A stretch of DNA of 64,000 nucleotides, from NCBI GenBank assembly GCA_964530725.1, contig CAZGYV010000003.1:9744-73743 (forward strand), given 5' to 3'. Below the pieces are notes generated by a model. It ran no database searches. It worked only from the letters and a program-made list of their open reading frames with translations, and was not told where the DNA came from. The stretch comes from an uncultured Candidatus Saccharibacteria bacterium. Lineage in GTDB: Bacteria; Patescibacteriota; Saccharimonadia; CAILAD01; CAZGYV01. Below are positions 25,049 to 33,190 of this stretch, piece by piece. Position 1 is the first letter of the stretch; every line of letters begins with the position of its first letter. The position numbers and the translations under genes are program-made.

Positions 25049-26334
25049 GATTTTTTCTCTTCCCTAGCATATTGTAACAAAATTCCAACAGCTTTTTCGG
25101 TCAATAAATGGTTCTTCAAATCATCACGAAAATGCTCATGCTCCATCTCTTTTTGGATCTGAGGATCAGTGTATTGAGCCTTCATCTGGTGATAGTGCTC
25201 GTCGAGCTCCCGCTCCGAGACGGTCAGTTTATTATCATCCACCAGGCGGCGGACGATCAAAGCGATTTTAACGCGTTTATTAGCTTCCGCGTCAATCTCC
25301 CCGTCGACCTCCGACTCGGTCTTGCCTTGGATTTTTAGATACTGCTCAAGTGTCAGACCATTAGTACTCAGATTATTATTAACCTCTTCCTTCAATTTAG
25401 CCACCTGATACTCGATCAAGCTGGCAGGCACCGTAAACTCGATCTTGGCAAGCGCGTTATCGAGCACCTGCTGCTCGTATTGCTTTTTCTGCTGATCGGC
25501 TTTTTGAGCCTCTAGGCTCTTTTCGACATCGAGCTTTAGCGCCGCTAGAGTCTTAAAAGCACCAATCGACTGAGCGAATTCATCGTTAATCGCCGGCAAT
25601 TCGACTTTATTAACCTCGTGAACTTGAACTTTAAATACCACCTTCGCACCGGCCAAATCTTTATGCCCGTAGTCTTTTGGGAAAGTTACCTCGAATTCCT
25701 TTTTGTCGCCTTTTTTCAAACCGATCAGATTTTCTTCAAATCCGGGGATAAACTGCTTATCACCAACTGTAATGGTTTGATTTTTTGCAGCCGCCCCCTC
25801 GACAGGTTTGCCTTCACGCACCCCCTCAAAGTCCAGCTTCACCTCATCGCCATTGCCAATCGGCGCGGTTGATGGCAATCGCTTCGCCATCTGTTTTTGC
25901 AAGCTTTTGAGGGTATCATCGACTTCCTGCTTATCTATTTTGAGCACTGGCTCTTTGACGATTAATTTTTTCGCGTCAAAGCCAAAACTTGGCATGATCG
26001 CCACTTTGGCCTCGAATTCCAACTCGCTATAAGGCACGAATTTCTTGAGTGTAATCTGCGGCGCGTCGATCGTCTCGAGCTTTTCCGCTTTCACGCCCTG
26101 AGAGTAGGCCCGCATGACCACCGCCTCGACGACGTGCGACTGGACATAATCTGTGCCCAAATGACGCTCAGCAATATTATCAGGCATTTTACCTGGCCTA
26201 AAACCGGATATTTTGAGGTCTTTTTTGAGATCGGCGATAGTGGCCGCTTTAATCGGCTCGATAAATTCAGCCGTGACTTCGATTGTAATTTGGGCCGTAC
26301 TATCGGCGTTCTTTTTGAGAGTATGTTTGATCAT
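25045..26334 (-). CDS. tig: trigger factor
   Basis: 429 aa, N-terminal ribosome-binding region with GFRPGK-motif (PPIase-fold) domain; 4-nt overlap with clpP. Confidence 0.9.
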   Translation of the reverse strand: MIKHTLKKNADSTAQITIEVTAEFIEPIKAATIADLKKDLKISGFRPGKMPDNIAERHLGTDYVQSHVVEAVVMRAYSQGVKAEKLETIDAPQITLKKFVPYSELEFEAKVAIMPSFGFDAKKLIVKEPVLKIDKQEVDDTLKSLQKQMAKRLPSTAPIGNGDEVKLDFEGVREGKPVEGAAAKNQTITVGDKQFIPGFEENLIGLKKGDKKEFEVTFPKDYGHKDLAGAKVVFKVQVHEVNKVELPAINDEFAQSIGAFKTLAALKLDVEKSLEAQKADQQKKQYEQQVLDNALAKIEFTVPASLIEYQVAKLKEEVNNNLSTNGLTLEQYLKIQGKTESEVDGEIDAEANKRVKIALIVRRLVDDNKLTVSERELDEHYHQMKAQYTDPQIQKEMEHEHFRDDLKNHLLTEKAVGILLQYAREEKKS

Positions 26335-26384
26335 AACCTGACTATTTTAGCAAACTTTCTCTCTTTTATGAATACCTTTAAGTA

Positions 26385-26438
26385 AAAATGAAGGCACCCG
26401 GACTCACCCCTTGATAGTCAAGAAGAAAGTCCGGGTGC
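26385..26438 (-). terminator. intrinsic terminator downstream of the CHAP-lectin gene
   Basis: Perfect 10-bp GC stem GCACCCGGAC / GTCCGGGTGC with a roughly 25-nt loop and a downstream U-tract (CTTCATTTTTACTT) on the minus strand. Confidence 0.45.
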
Positions 26439-26473
26439 TAAAGCGGCCTTTTAGTCAGCCGCGCTTATGCCTC

Positions 26474-27853
26474 CTAGATGTCGTGGTATTTCTGCCACAA
26501 CCGCTGATCGGTGCCAAGCACCAAGACGTCGATCGCCCCGACCGACCAGGACACTGTGCCCGGTGCGGAAGTCAGCCCACCACCGAGTGACTCCCAATTG
26601 TACCACCTGTCGGCATACCAAAGATGGATTAGGTCGTTGTTTATCCCCCGAGCAAAAACATCGAGCCGGCCAGGTGCCCACGACGACACGGCTGGAGCGG
26701 AAGTCAAACTGCCGCCCAGGCACTCCCAGTCATACCAACGTCCGCCATCGTACCATTTGTGATACATGGTCGAGATGCCCGGCCGCGAGAAGTCCACGCT
26801 GCCGACAAAGATGTCAATGCGCCCGGGGCCCCACGACACGGCCGCCGGATCAGTAGTCAAATACCCGCCCAGCGACTCCCAACCGCTCCAACCACCTGAG
26901 AACCACTTGTGCACCAAATCACCATTTAGCCCGCGAGCGAAGACGTCCAATCGGCCAGGCGCCCACGAAGCTACGCTTGGAGCAGAGGTTATCAGTCCGC
27001 CAAGCCACTCCCAGTCATACCAGCGCCCGTTGTCATACCATTTGTGCCAGAGCGACGCGTCCACGCCTTTGGCAAAGATATCGATCCGGCCTGACATCCA
27101 GGCTACCGCGCTCGGCGCGCTGGCCAGAATAGTACCAGCCGGAGCGCCAAGCGATTCCCAGTCAGACCAAACACCGCCGACAAACCAGCGATGCGCCAAT
27201 TGCAGGTTGTCATCACGAACAAAAACATCCAATCGGCCGCGGCCCCAAGTGGTTACCGCTGGGGCTGAAGTAAATGTTTGAGTGGAAAACTGCTGCCACT
27301 CGCGCCAATTCGCCACACTGCCCGCAATCACTTTGCCGAAACGCCAGGCTCGCGCCACCCAGCCAGCAGCCGGGCTTGGCCGCCAATTGGTCGCTCGCGT
27401 AACTCGGCCTGAGCCAAGTGGGACGTTCGACTGCACGATGTCAAAGTAGCCATTGCCATGATTTGCCACCACGACGACAGTGTGGGCGTAGGTCCAGTCA
27501 TTGTTAGCGTAAACCAAGTTGTTGCTGGTGTACTGAATGACGTCACCTTTGACGGCACTGCCAAGCGACACCGAGCTGGCGCCCGAAGCGACATAGCCCG
27601 ATATCACCCCGCCGCCACCGAAATAACCACCGGCCGCACCCACCCAACGCTGGGCACTTTTGATGCACTCGCCGGACATATTCCAGCCCGTCGCCCGAAC
27701 GGAGCCAACCTCGGCAATTGCCGCATCAGCCACCCTGCCATTGTCAAAATTCTGGGCCGCGTTGGCCGCTGGGGCGTCCAGCAACCCGGCAGCTAGCCAG
27801 ATCGAAGCGGCGATTACCGCTCCGACGACATACCGCGCTATCCTGTCAATCAC
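26474..27853 (-). CDS. secreted CHAP-domain amidase/peptidase fused to a W-rich beta-propeller (PLL/tectonin-like lectin) repeat array
   Basis: A GTG start at 27853 is preceded by AAGGAGG with a 4-nt spacer and gives a textbook signal peptide (MIDRIARYVVGAVIAASIWLAAGLLDAPAANA|AQNF); the ORF track's TTG start at 27928 adds a 25-aa non-signal extension. The CHAP-like Cys...His set is present (GECIKSAQRW ... AHTVVVVANHGNGYFDIVQSN). Five to six tandem roughly 47-aa repeats follow (APxVxSWxPGRLDVFxRGxDxxLxHKWYxGGxWxxWExLGGxLTS). GC is clearly above the window average. Confidence 0.75.
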   Translation of the reverse strand: MIDRIARYVVGAVIAASIWLAAGLLDAPAANAAQNFDNGRVADAAIAEVGSVRATGWNMSGECIKSAQRWVGAAGGYFGGGGVISGYVASGASSVSLGSAVKGDVIQYTSNNLVYANNDWTYAHTVVVVANHGNGYFDIVQSNVPLGSGRVTRATNWRPSPAAGWVARAWRFGKVIAGSVANWREWQQFSTQTFTSAPAVTTWGRGRLDVFVRDDNLQLAHRWFVGGVWSDWESLGAPAGTILASAPSAVAWMSGRIDIFAKGVDASLWHKWYDNGRWYDWEWLGGLITSAPSVASWAPGRLDVFARGLNGDLVHKWFSGGWSGWESLGGYLTTDPAAVSWGPGRIDIFVGSVDFSRPGISTMYHKWYDGGRWYDWECLGGSLTSAPAVSSWAPGRLDVFARGINNDLIHLWYADRWYNWESLGGGLTSAPGTVSWSVGAIDVLVLGTDQRLWQKYHDI

Positions 27854-27925
27854 TACCCCTCCTTGAAAGTAGTGCATCCCGATCTGACAAGCTAGAATTA
27901 GCCGCAAAAGCAAATCGGCAAAAAT

Positions 27926-27965
27926 CAAAAAAGGGACTTTTTACAAAAAAAGCCCTCCTTTTTAA
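27926..27965 (-). terminator. probable terminator between tRNA-Leu(TAG) and the CHAP-lectin gene
   Basis: The minus strand reads AAAAAGGAGGGCTTTTTTTGTAAAAAGTCCCTTTTTTGATTTTTG, an imperfect GGGCTTTTT/AAAAAG(T)CCC stem followed by a U-run. Confidence 0.3.
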
Positions 27966-28128
27966 AATCATGCAATCCGCTCGGTGTAACCTAGCTGATA
28001 CCAATATAATCAGACGTCTACTCGAATGCAATCATGAGCAAGATAACGCCTCCAGGTCTACTAAATCTAATTGACAATATATACTAAATATGATATAACG
28101 AGGAGATAGATAGTTTTCTCTCTCTTCT

Positions 28129-28152
28129 GGTGCGGATGGGATGATAGGACAG
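28129..28152 (-). repeat. degenerate direct repeat of the tRNA-Leu(TAG) 3' end (...TCCTATCATCC-CATCCGCACCA)
   Basis: The minus strand reads GTCCTATCATCCCATCCGCACCA, versus the intact tRNA 3' end GTCCTATCATCCGTACCA 135 nt away in the same orientation. Confidence 0.4.
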
Positions 28153-28286
28153 CGGCTAGCACCTTCTCCGCATAGTAGTCCTCGATCCGCCAGCTGGCGG
28201 ACTGCGCGCTTTGCTCCACCGAACCTTTACGGTTCGCTCGTATTCAATACCAAAGTTCAACTGCCACTAAAGTGGCAATTAAACTT

Positions 28287-28373
28287 TGGTACGGATGATA
28301 GGACTCGAACCTACACGGGTTTTACCCCACTAGCTCCTAAGGCTAGCGTGTCTACCAATTCCACCACATCCGC
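28287..28373 (-). tRNA. tRNA-Leu (anticodon TAG)
   Basis: 87-nt type-II tRNA: GCGGATG acceptor, AATTGGTAGA D-loop, anticodon loop CTTAGGA, long variable arm, GTAGG-TTCGAGT-CCTAT T-arm, encoded CCA. Close to E. coli tRNA-Leu. Confidence 0.9.
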
Positions 28374-28521
28374 TTAAAGTCTCTGACGAGCATTTCACCC
28401 GTCGCACATAATTATACAATCATGTGCTCTAACTTTCATCTCGCCGTTCCTTTTAAATCACTAAACAGCAATCTAAACCCCATGATCATCAGCAAATGGT
28501 ATTCGTTTTTATTAGCTTGGT

Positions 28522-29079
28522 TTAGTGATTTAGGGTTACGCTTTTAGGTTCTTTTTCAAAATAACCAATCTGGGTGTCGCCATAAATTTTACGGCTTACT
28601 ACCTCGAAACCACCAATTTTATCGGGCAAATCAGTTTTTGATGAACACGAGATTATCAAAAGACCGCTATATTGTAGCAGATTATCCAAACTGGTGACCA
28701 CTTTGGTGTCAAAATCCGCGTAGGGCGGATCAAAAAATATCAGATCATAGGCCTCTAGCTGTTTGCCAATAAAACTTTCGACCAGGCCGCCATGCACCCG
28801 TGAATTACCTGCGAGATCTAAGCTCTGCAAGTTTTGCTTAATCGAGGTCAGAGCTGCTTTTGACCTGTCGACAAAGTCAACATTGCGAGCGCCGCGGCTA
28901 AGTGCCTCGATGCCCAGCGCGCCGCTGCCGGCATACAAGTCCAACGCTCGAGCACCTTGCGTCCTCTCGCCAAGGCTTGAGAAAATTGCCGCCCTGACTT
29001 TATCAGTCACCGGCCGGGTTGCGCTGCTAGCTGGCGCCTTGAGAGACCGACCGGCCAGCTTGCCACCTGTTACTCTCAT
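28522..29079 (-). CDS. rsmD: 16S rRNA (guanine966-N2)-methyltransferase RsmD
   Basis: LDLYAGSGALGIEALSRGA (SAM motif I) and FFDPPY motif IV; 185 aa. Confidence 0.85.
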   Translation of the reverse strand: MRVTGGKLAGRSLKAPASSATRPVTDKVRAAIFSSLGERTQGARALDLYAGSGALGIEALSRGARNVDFVDRSKAALTSIKQNLQSLDLAGNSRVHGGLVESFIGKQLEAYDLIFFDPPYADFDTKVVTSLDNLLQYSGLLIISCSSKTDLPDKIGGFEVVSRKIYGDTQIGYFEKEPKSVTLNH

Positions 29080-29849
29080 TTTTTAGTTGCCAGTTGCTCA
29101 AGCTTCGGCTTCTGGCCAGCTTGCTCGTAGGCACTTAGCCAGCCGGCAGCAATAAGCTGCGGTATCCTTGGAATAACCATCGAGCGGACTGACTTAGCCA
29201 CGCCTATCGTCCAACCTTTTTTCAGAAATTGGTCGTATAAATTCAATTTTGCAACTTTAAGCGATTCCTCACGCAGAACCTCACCCATGCCTTTTTCTTG
29301 GACTCGTTTGTAAAGCGCTTGGTCAAAACTCGTCCGAATTGGCGAAAACAGCATCGACGAAGACACGCCAGTCTCAAACGCCACATGACTGCTCATCAGC
29401 CCCTTGCGCCCCCAGTAAAGCCAGTTGCGTCGGATCTTACTGGAATCTTTGTATTCGGCCGCGATCAGTTGATGGCTAATATGGTGAGCTGGCGTGAGCG
29501 CGTCGGTGATATAGTGCGCCATCCAGCCAGCCTCAAAGCTAGCTTTCACTAGATCGCCGGCTTTGATCGCTGAGGCCATGTTACGTGAGTGAACATCAAC
29601 CCAGACTGGCAATTGGCCGATTTCATTGACCGGATCCCACAGATGATCAGTATTATGTTGTCCTTTGACCTTAAGGCCGTCAGGGCCACCGATTCCCTCG
29701 AATTTCAAGATTTGGGCGCGGGCGGGAAAAACGTCATGGTCAACCAGCGGACTTATCAGGCGATAAGCCGTGCGATCGAATTTCTGATGGGTACCAATGG
29801 TGCTAAAAGCACGCCCTCTGGTAGCAAATGATAAAAAGCCTGAATTCAT
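29076..29849 (-). CDS. zinc-dependent phospholipase C / P1-nuclease superfamily-like protein
   Basis: Conserved blocks match B. cereus PLC zinc ligands: H..DR (THQKFDRTAY), HLWDPVNE (cf. HFYDPDNG) and HYITDALTPAHH (cf. HYLGDVNQPMH). No signal peptide is seen. Confidence 0.55.
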   Translation of the reverse strand: MNSGFLSFATRGRAFSTIGTHQKFDRTAYRLISPLVDHDVFPARAQILKFEGIGGPDGLKVKGQHNTDHLWDPVNEIGQLPVWVDVHSRNMASAIKAGDLVKASFEAGWMAHYITDALTPAHHISHQLIAAEYKDSSKIRRNWLYWGRKGLMSSHVAFETGVSSSMLFSPIRTSFDQALYKRVQEKGMGEVLREESLKVAKLNLYDQFLKKGWTIGVAKSVRSMVIPRIPQLIAAGWLSAYEQAGQKPKLEQLATKK

Positions 29850-29877
29850 TTTATATGTAGGCGATGTCCTTGATTGA

Positions 29878-31911
29878 TTAATCGAGCGAAGTAACTTTTT
29901 TCAAGCTGTTGATGCGGCTTGTTAAGCGCTCGTATTTTAGCAGATTGCGGGTCTCAAGGAAAGTCTGAGCCGCTTTCTTGACCGTCGCGACAAGCTCGGT
30001 ATCGGTAATGTCGGCGATGCGCAAATCGAGCTCGCCGTGCTGACGACGGCCATAGATTTCACCCGGCCCGCGCATTTCCAGATCAATCTGCGCCAGCCTA
30101 AAACCATCATTGCTGCGCTCAAGAGCACACAAACGTGTCAAAGTTTCTGGCTGGCTACTGTCAGAGAATAAAAAGCAATATGACTGAGTCGAGCTACGAC
30201 CAACTCGACCGCGCAATTGATGCAAAGCGGCCAGACCGAAACGATCGGCACTTTCGATCATCATTGTGGTGGCTCGCGGTACGTCTACCCCGACTTCGAT
30301 CACTGACGTAGCTATTAAGATATCTAGGCTGCCTTCGGCGAATTGCGCCATGATGGTTTCTTTTTGGTCGGCCTTGAGCTTGCCGTGCAACAAACCAATC
30401 CGGCGATGAGCAAAAACGGTTTTCGACAGCCTCTCGTATTCCTTGGCCACGCTCTTCGCACCCAGCTTGTCAGACTCGTCAATCAAGGGACATACCACGA
30501 AGGCCTGCTGACCCTTGTCTATCAGCTTATCCACCTGAGCGTATACCCTATCCCGAGCCAGTTCGGCTACGAGTTCAGTTTTGACCGGCTTGCGTCCTGG
30601 CGGCAATTCAGTGATCACCGACAAATCAAGATCACCGTAAATCACCAGCGCCAAACTGCGCGGGATCGGTGTGGCAGTCATCGACAATAAATGCGGCATC
30701 AAAGCGGCTTTGGCTCTGATTTGACGCCGCTGATCGACCCCAAAGCGATGCTGCTCATCGATTACCACTAGCCCGAGTTTTGCAAAATCGACTCCTGATG
30801 AGAGCAACGCGTGAGTGCCGATTACAAGCCCTGTCTCACCACTTTTAAGCAGCTGGTGGGTTTGTTTTTTCTCAGCCGGCTTGAGGGCTGATATCAGCAA
30901 ATCAACCTTAACACCAAGTGGTTCAAACAACGCTCGCGCCGAATTAAAATGCTGCCGGGCTAAGATCTCGGTCGGCACCATCAGGGCTGCCTGGTAACCA
31001 GCCTTAGTTGCCATGTAGCTCGCCATCATCGCCACTGCCGTCTTACCGCTACCGACATCTCCTTCGAGCAAGCGATTCATTGGAAAATCTCTATCCAAAT
31101 CCTGGAAAATTAACCAAGCCGCTTTCTTTTGGCCATCAGTCAGCTGGAATTTTAATTGCCCCAGGAACTCTTTGGCATAGCGAGTTTCAAACGGAATCTT
31201 GACCGAGCTTTCGGTCTGAATCTCCGACTTGATAACTAGTCCGGTCGCTATTAGATAGAACAATTCTTCAAAACCAAGCCGTCGTTTCGCTGCTTCCAGC
31301 TCCTGCGCACTGCTTGGCCGATGCAAGGCCGTGATAGCCTGGGCGTGACTTAGCAAATTGTGCTCAGTACGAATCTCGGGCGGCAAATCATCGGCCAAGT
31401 CTTGGCTTAATTCGATTACTTGGGCAATTAATTTAATAATTATATTGGAGCTAATCGAGTTATTCTCCGGATAGACGGGAATAATTTTACCCTTGTCTGA
31501 AGATTTGGTGGTAGCTATTTCGAAACTTGGCGTTTGCAAGCTTAAATTATTGTTTTTAAATTCAAACTTACCGGCAAAAAAGTATTCCTGACCCTCTTTG
31601 AGCGTCTGAACCAGATAAGGCTGATTAAACCACGCCGCCTTAATAGTGCCAGTATCATCAACTAATATGGCTTCGATAATGGTCAGTCGACGCTTCATCG
31701 CCCGCTTGATATTGACCCGCTCGACTCGAGCTCGCACCGTCACCAGGCCGGGTTTGAGCTCAGCCACCTTATAGACTTTCGAGTAATCCTCGTGCCGGCG
31801 TGGAAAATGGTACAACAAATCAGCCACTGTCTCGATCTGCAGCCGCGCCAAGCCCTCTTGCACCACCGGCCCCACACCCACCAAGCGTGAAACTGAACTA
31901 TCTAGCTTCAT
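29878..31911 (-). CDS. recG: ATP-dependent DNA helicase RecG
   Basis: 677 aa with wedge domain, Walker A (GDVGSGKT), DEAD-like DEQHRFG and TATPIPR motifs. Confidence 0.9.
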   Translation of the reverse strand: MKLDSSVSRLVGVGPVVQEGLARLQIETVADLLYHFPRRHEDYSKVYKVAELKPGLVTVRARVERVNIKRAMKRRLTIIEAILVDDTGTIKAAWFNQPYLVQTLKEGQEYFFAGKFEFKNNNLSLQTPSFEIATTKSSDKGKIIPVYPENNSISSNIIIKLIAQVIELSQDLADDLPPEIRTEHNLLSHAQAITALHRPSSAQELEAAKRRLGFEELFYLIATGLVIKSEIQTESSVKIPFETRYAKEFLGQLKFQLTDGQKKAAWLIFQDLDRDFPMNRLLEGDVGSGKTAVAMMASYMATKAGYQAALMVPTEILARQHFNSARALFEPLGVKVDLLISALKPAEKKQTHQLLKSGETGLVIGTHALLSSGVDFAKLGLVVIDEQHRFGVDQRRQIRAKAALMPHLLSMTATPIPRSLALVIYGDLDLSVITELPPGRKPVKTELVAELARDRVYAQVDKLIDKGQQAFVVCPLIDESDKLGAKSVAKEYERLSKTVFAHRRIGLLHGKLKADQKETIMAQFAEGSLDILIATSVIEVGVDVPRATTMMIESADRFGLAALHQLRGRVGRSSTQSYCFLFSDSSQPETLTRLCALERSNDGFRLAQIDLEMRGPGEIYGRRQHGELDLRIADITDTELVATVKKAAQTFLETRNLLKYERLTSRINSLKKVTSLD

Positions 31912-31935
31912 GACGTCGCCCTTTAGTGATAACTC

Positions 31936-33132
31936 TTATTTTTCGAGCTTTATTTTCTTAAATCGCCGTTTGCCGACTTGAATAACCATGTCATCGATAA
32001 GCTCAATCTCGCTTTCTGTTGACACTTCGTCATTGATGCGCACGCCATTTTGATTGATGACCCGCCTGGCTTCGGATTTAGATAAGTGAAAATGTTCGGA
32101 AATAAAATCAACTAGATTATGAGGCCGCTGCTTCTTGATCACAACCTCCTCGATATGCATAGGCTTTTCCCCGGACCGAAATTGTCTGTTCCAGGCTTCT
32201 TCAGCCTCGACGGCGGCCTGGTCACCCCAATAGCGAGCAACAATCGCGCGGCTCAGACTTGCCTTGGTGTCGCGTGGGTTGTCACCTTGGGCCATATTTT
32301 TCTCGATCTGCTCTATCACTTCGAGCGCAACATCGGTGCACATTTTAAAGTAAACCGGAATCAGTTCGTCACGAATCGCCATCACTTTGCCATACATCTC
32401 GAGAGGCTGATCGGTGATGTATATACAATTACCCCACGATTTACTCATCTTGCGACCATCAATTCCTTCTAAGAGTTGCATGGTCATAACACTCTGCGGC
32501 TCTTGGTCGAAGGCTTTTTGCAAACTGCGCCCAGCCATCATATTAAATAATTGATCGGTGCCGCCCAATTCTAGATCGGCCTTCACCATCACCGAATCGT
32601 AGGCCTGCAAAACAGGGTAAAGCGTCTCATGCAAACCAACTGGCTTGCCGCTTTTGAGGCGCTTGGCAAAATTATCGCGTTCGATCATTTGGCCGATCGT
32701 GTAGCTGCTGGCAAGCTTGATAAATTCATCTAGCCCGAGCTCGCCAAACCAGCTGCTATTGTAGTGAAACTCAGTTTTTTTAGGGTCGAGGATCTTGCCA
32801 AGCTGTTCGAGATAGGTCTTTTCATTCGCCTTGACTTGCGCTGCGGTCAACATCGGCCGTTCGGCATTTTTATCTGAAGTATCGCCGATTTGAGCGGTAA
32901 AATCACCAATTATCAAGACAATTTTGTGGCCCAGCTCCTGAAAAGCCCGCAGCTTCCACAGGACTGCAGCATAGCCCAAATGAACTTTAGGGCCAGTCGG
33001 ATCAATACCAAGTTTGACGCGCAATTTACGGCCCTTTTTCAGCTTATTCTCAAGCTCTTCGCGAATAATAACTTCTTCGACGTTTCTGTTAAGCAAATCT
33101 TGGATTGAATGATTTTTTTTATCTGCAGTCAT
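31936..33132 (-). CDS. tyrS: tyrosine--tRNA ligase
   Basis: Class I HIGH-like (KVHLGY) and KMSKS motifs, plus a C-terminal S4 RNA-binding domain; 398 aa. Confidence 0.9.
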   Translation of the reverse strand: MTADKKNHSIQDLLNRNVEEVIIREELENKLKKGRKLRVKLGIDPTGPKVHLGYAAVLWKLRAFQELGHKIVLIIGDFTAQIGDTSDKNAERPMLTAAQVKANEKTYLEQLGKILDPKKTEFHYNSSWFGELGLDEFIKLASSYTIGQMIERDNFAKRLKSGKPVGLHETLYPVLQAYDSVMVKADLELGGTDQLFNMMAGRSLQKAFDQEPQSVMTMQLLEGIDGRKMSKSWGNCIYITDQPLEMYGKVMAIRDELIPVYFKMCTDVALEVIEQIEKNMAQGDNPRDTKASLSRAIVARYWGDQAAVEAEEAWNRQFRSGEKPMHIEEVVIKKQRPHNLVDFISEHFHLSKSEARRVINQNGVRINDEVSTESEIELIDDMVIQVGKRRFKKIKLEK

Positions 33133-33190
33133 ATGATTAGCATTATAGCAGGGATGATGGTTTCATGGTATAATTTGGGCTACAAAACTT

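Noticed and set aside
26467-27281. Several plus-strand ORFs (26467-26856, 26511-26762, 26766-27281) with Pro/Arg/Ser-rich products
   Set aside because: They are antisense to the high-GC CHAP-lectin gene, where high GC suppresses stop codons. Their products are low complexity and compositionally driven.
27854-27928. TTG-initiated 25-aa N-terminal extension of the CHAP-lectin ORF
   Set aside because: A downstream GTG with a perfect AAGGAGG RBS yields a classical signal peptide, and the extension would bury it.
28141-28230. Second full-length tRNA next to tRNA-Leu(TAG)
   Set aside because: Only the 3' roughly 20 nt resemble a tRNA. Candidate 5' acceptor strands give a 64-nt molecule without D-arm, so it is called a fragment or repeat instead.
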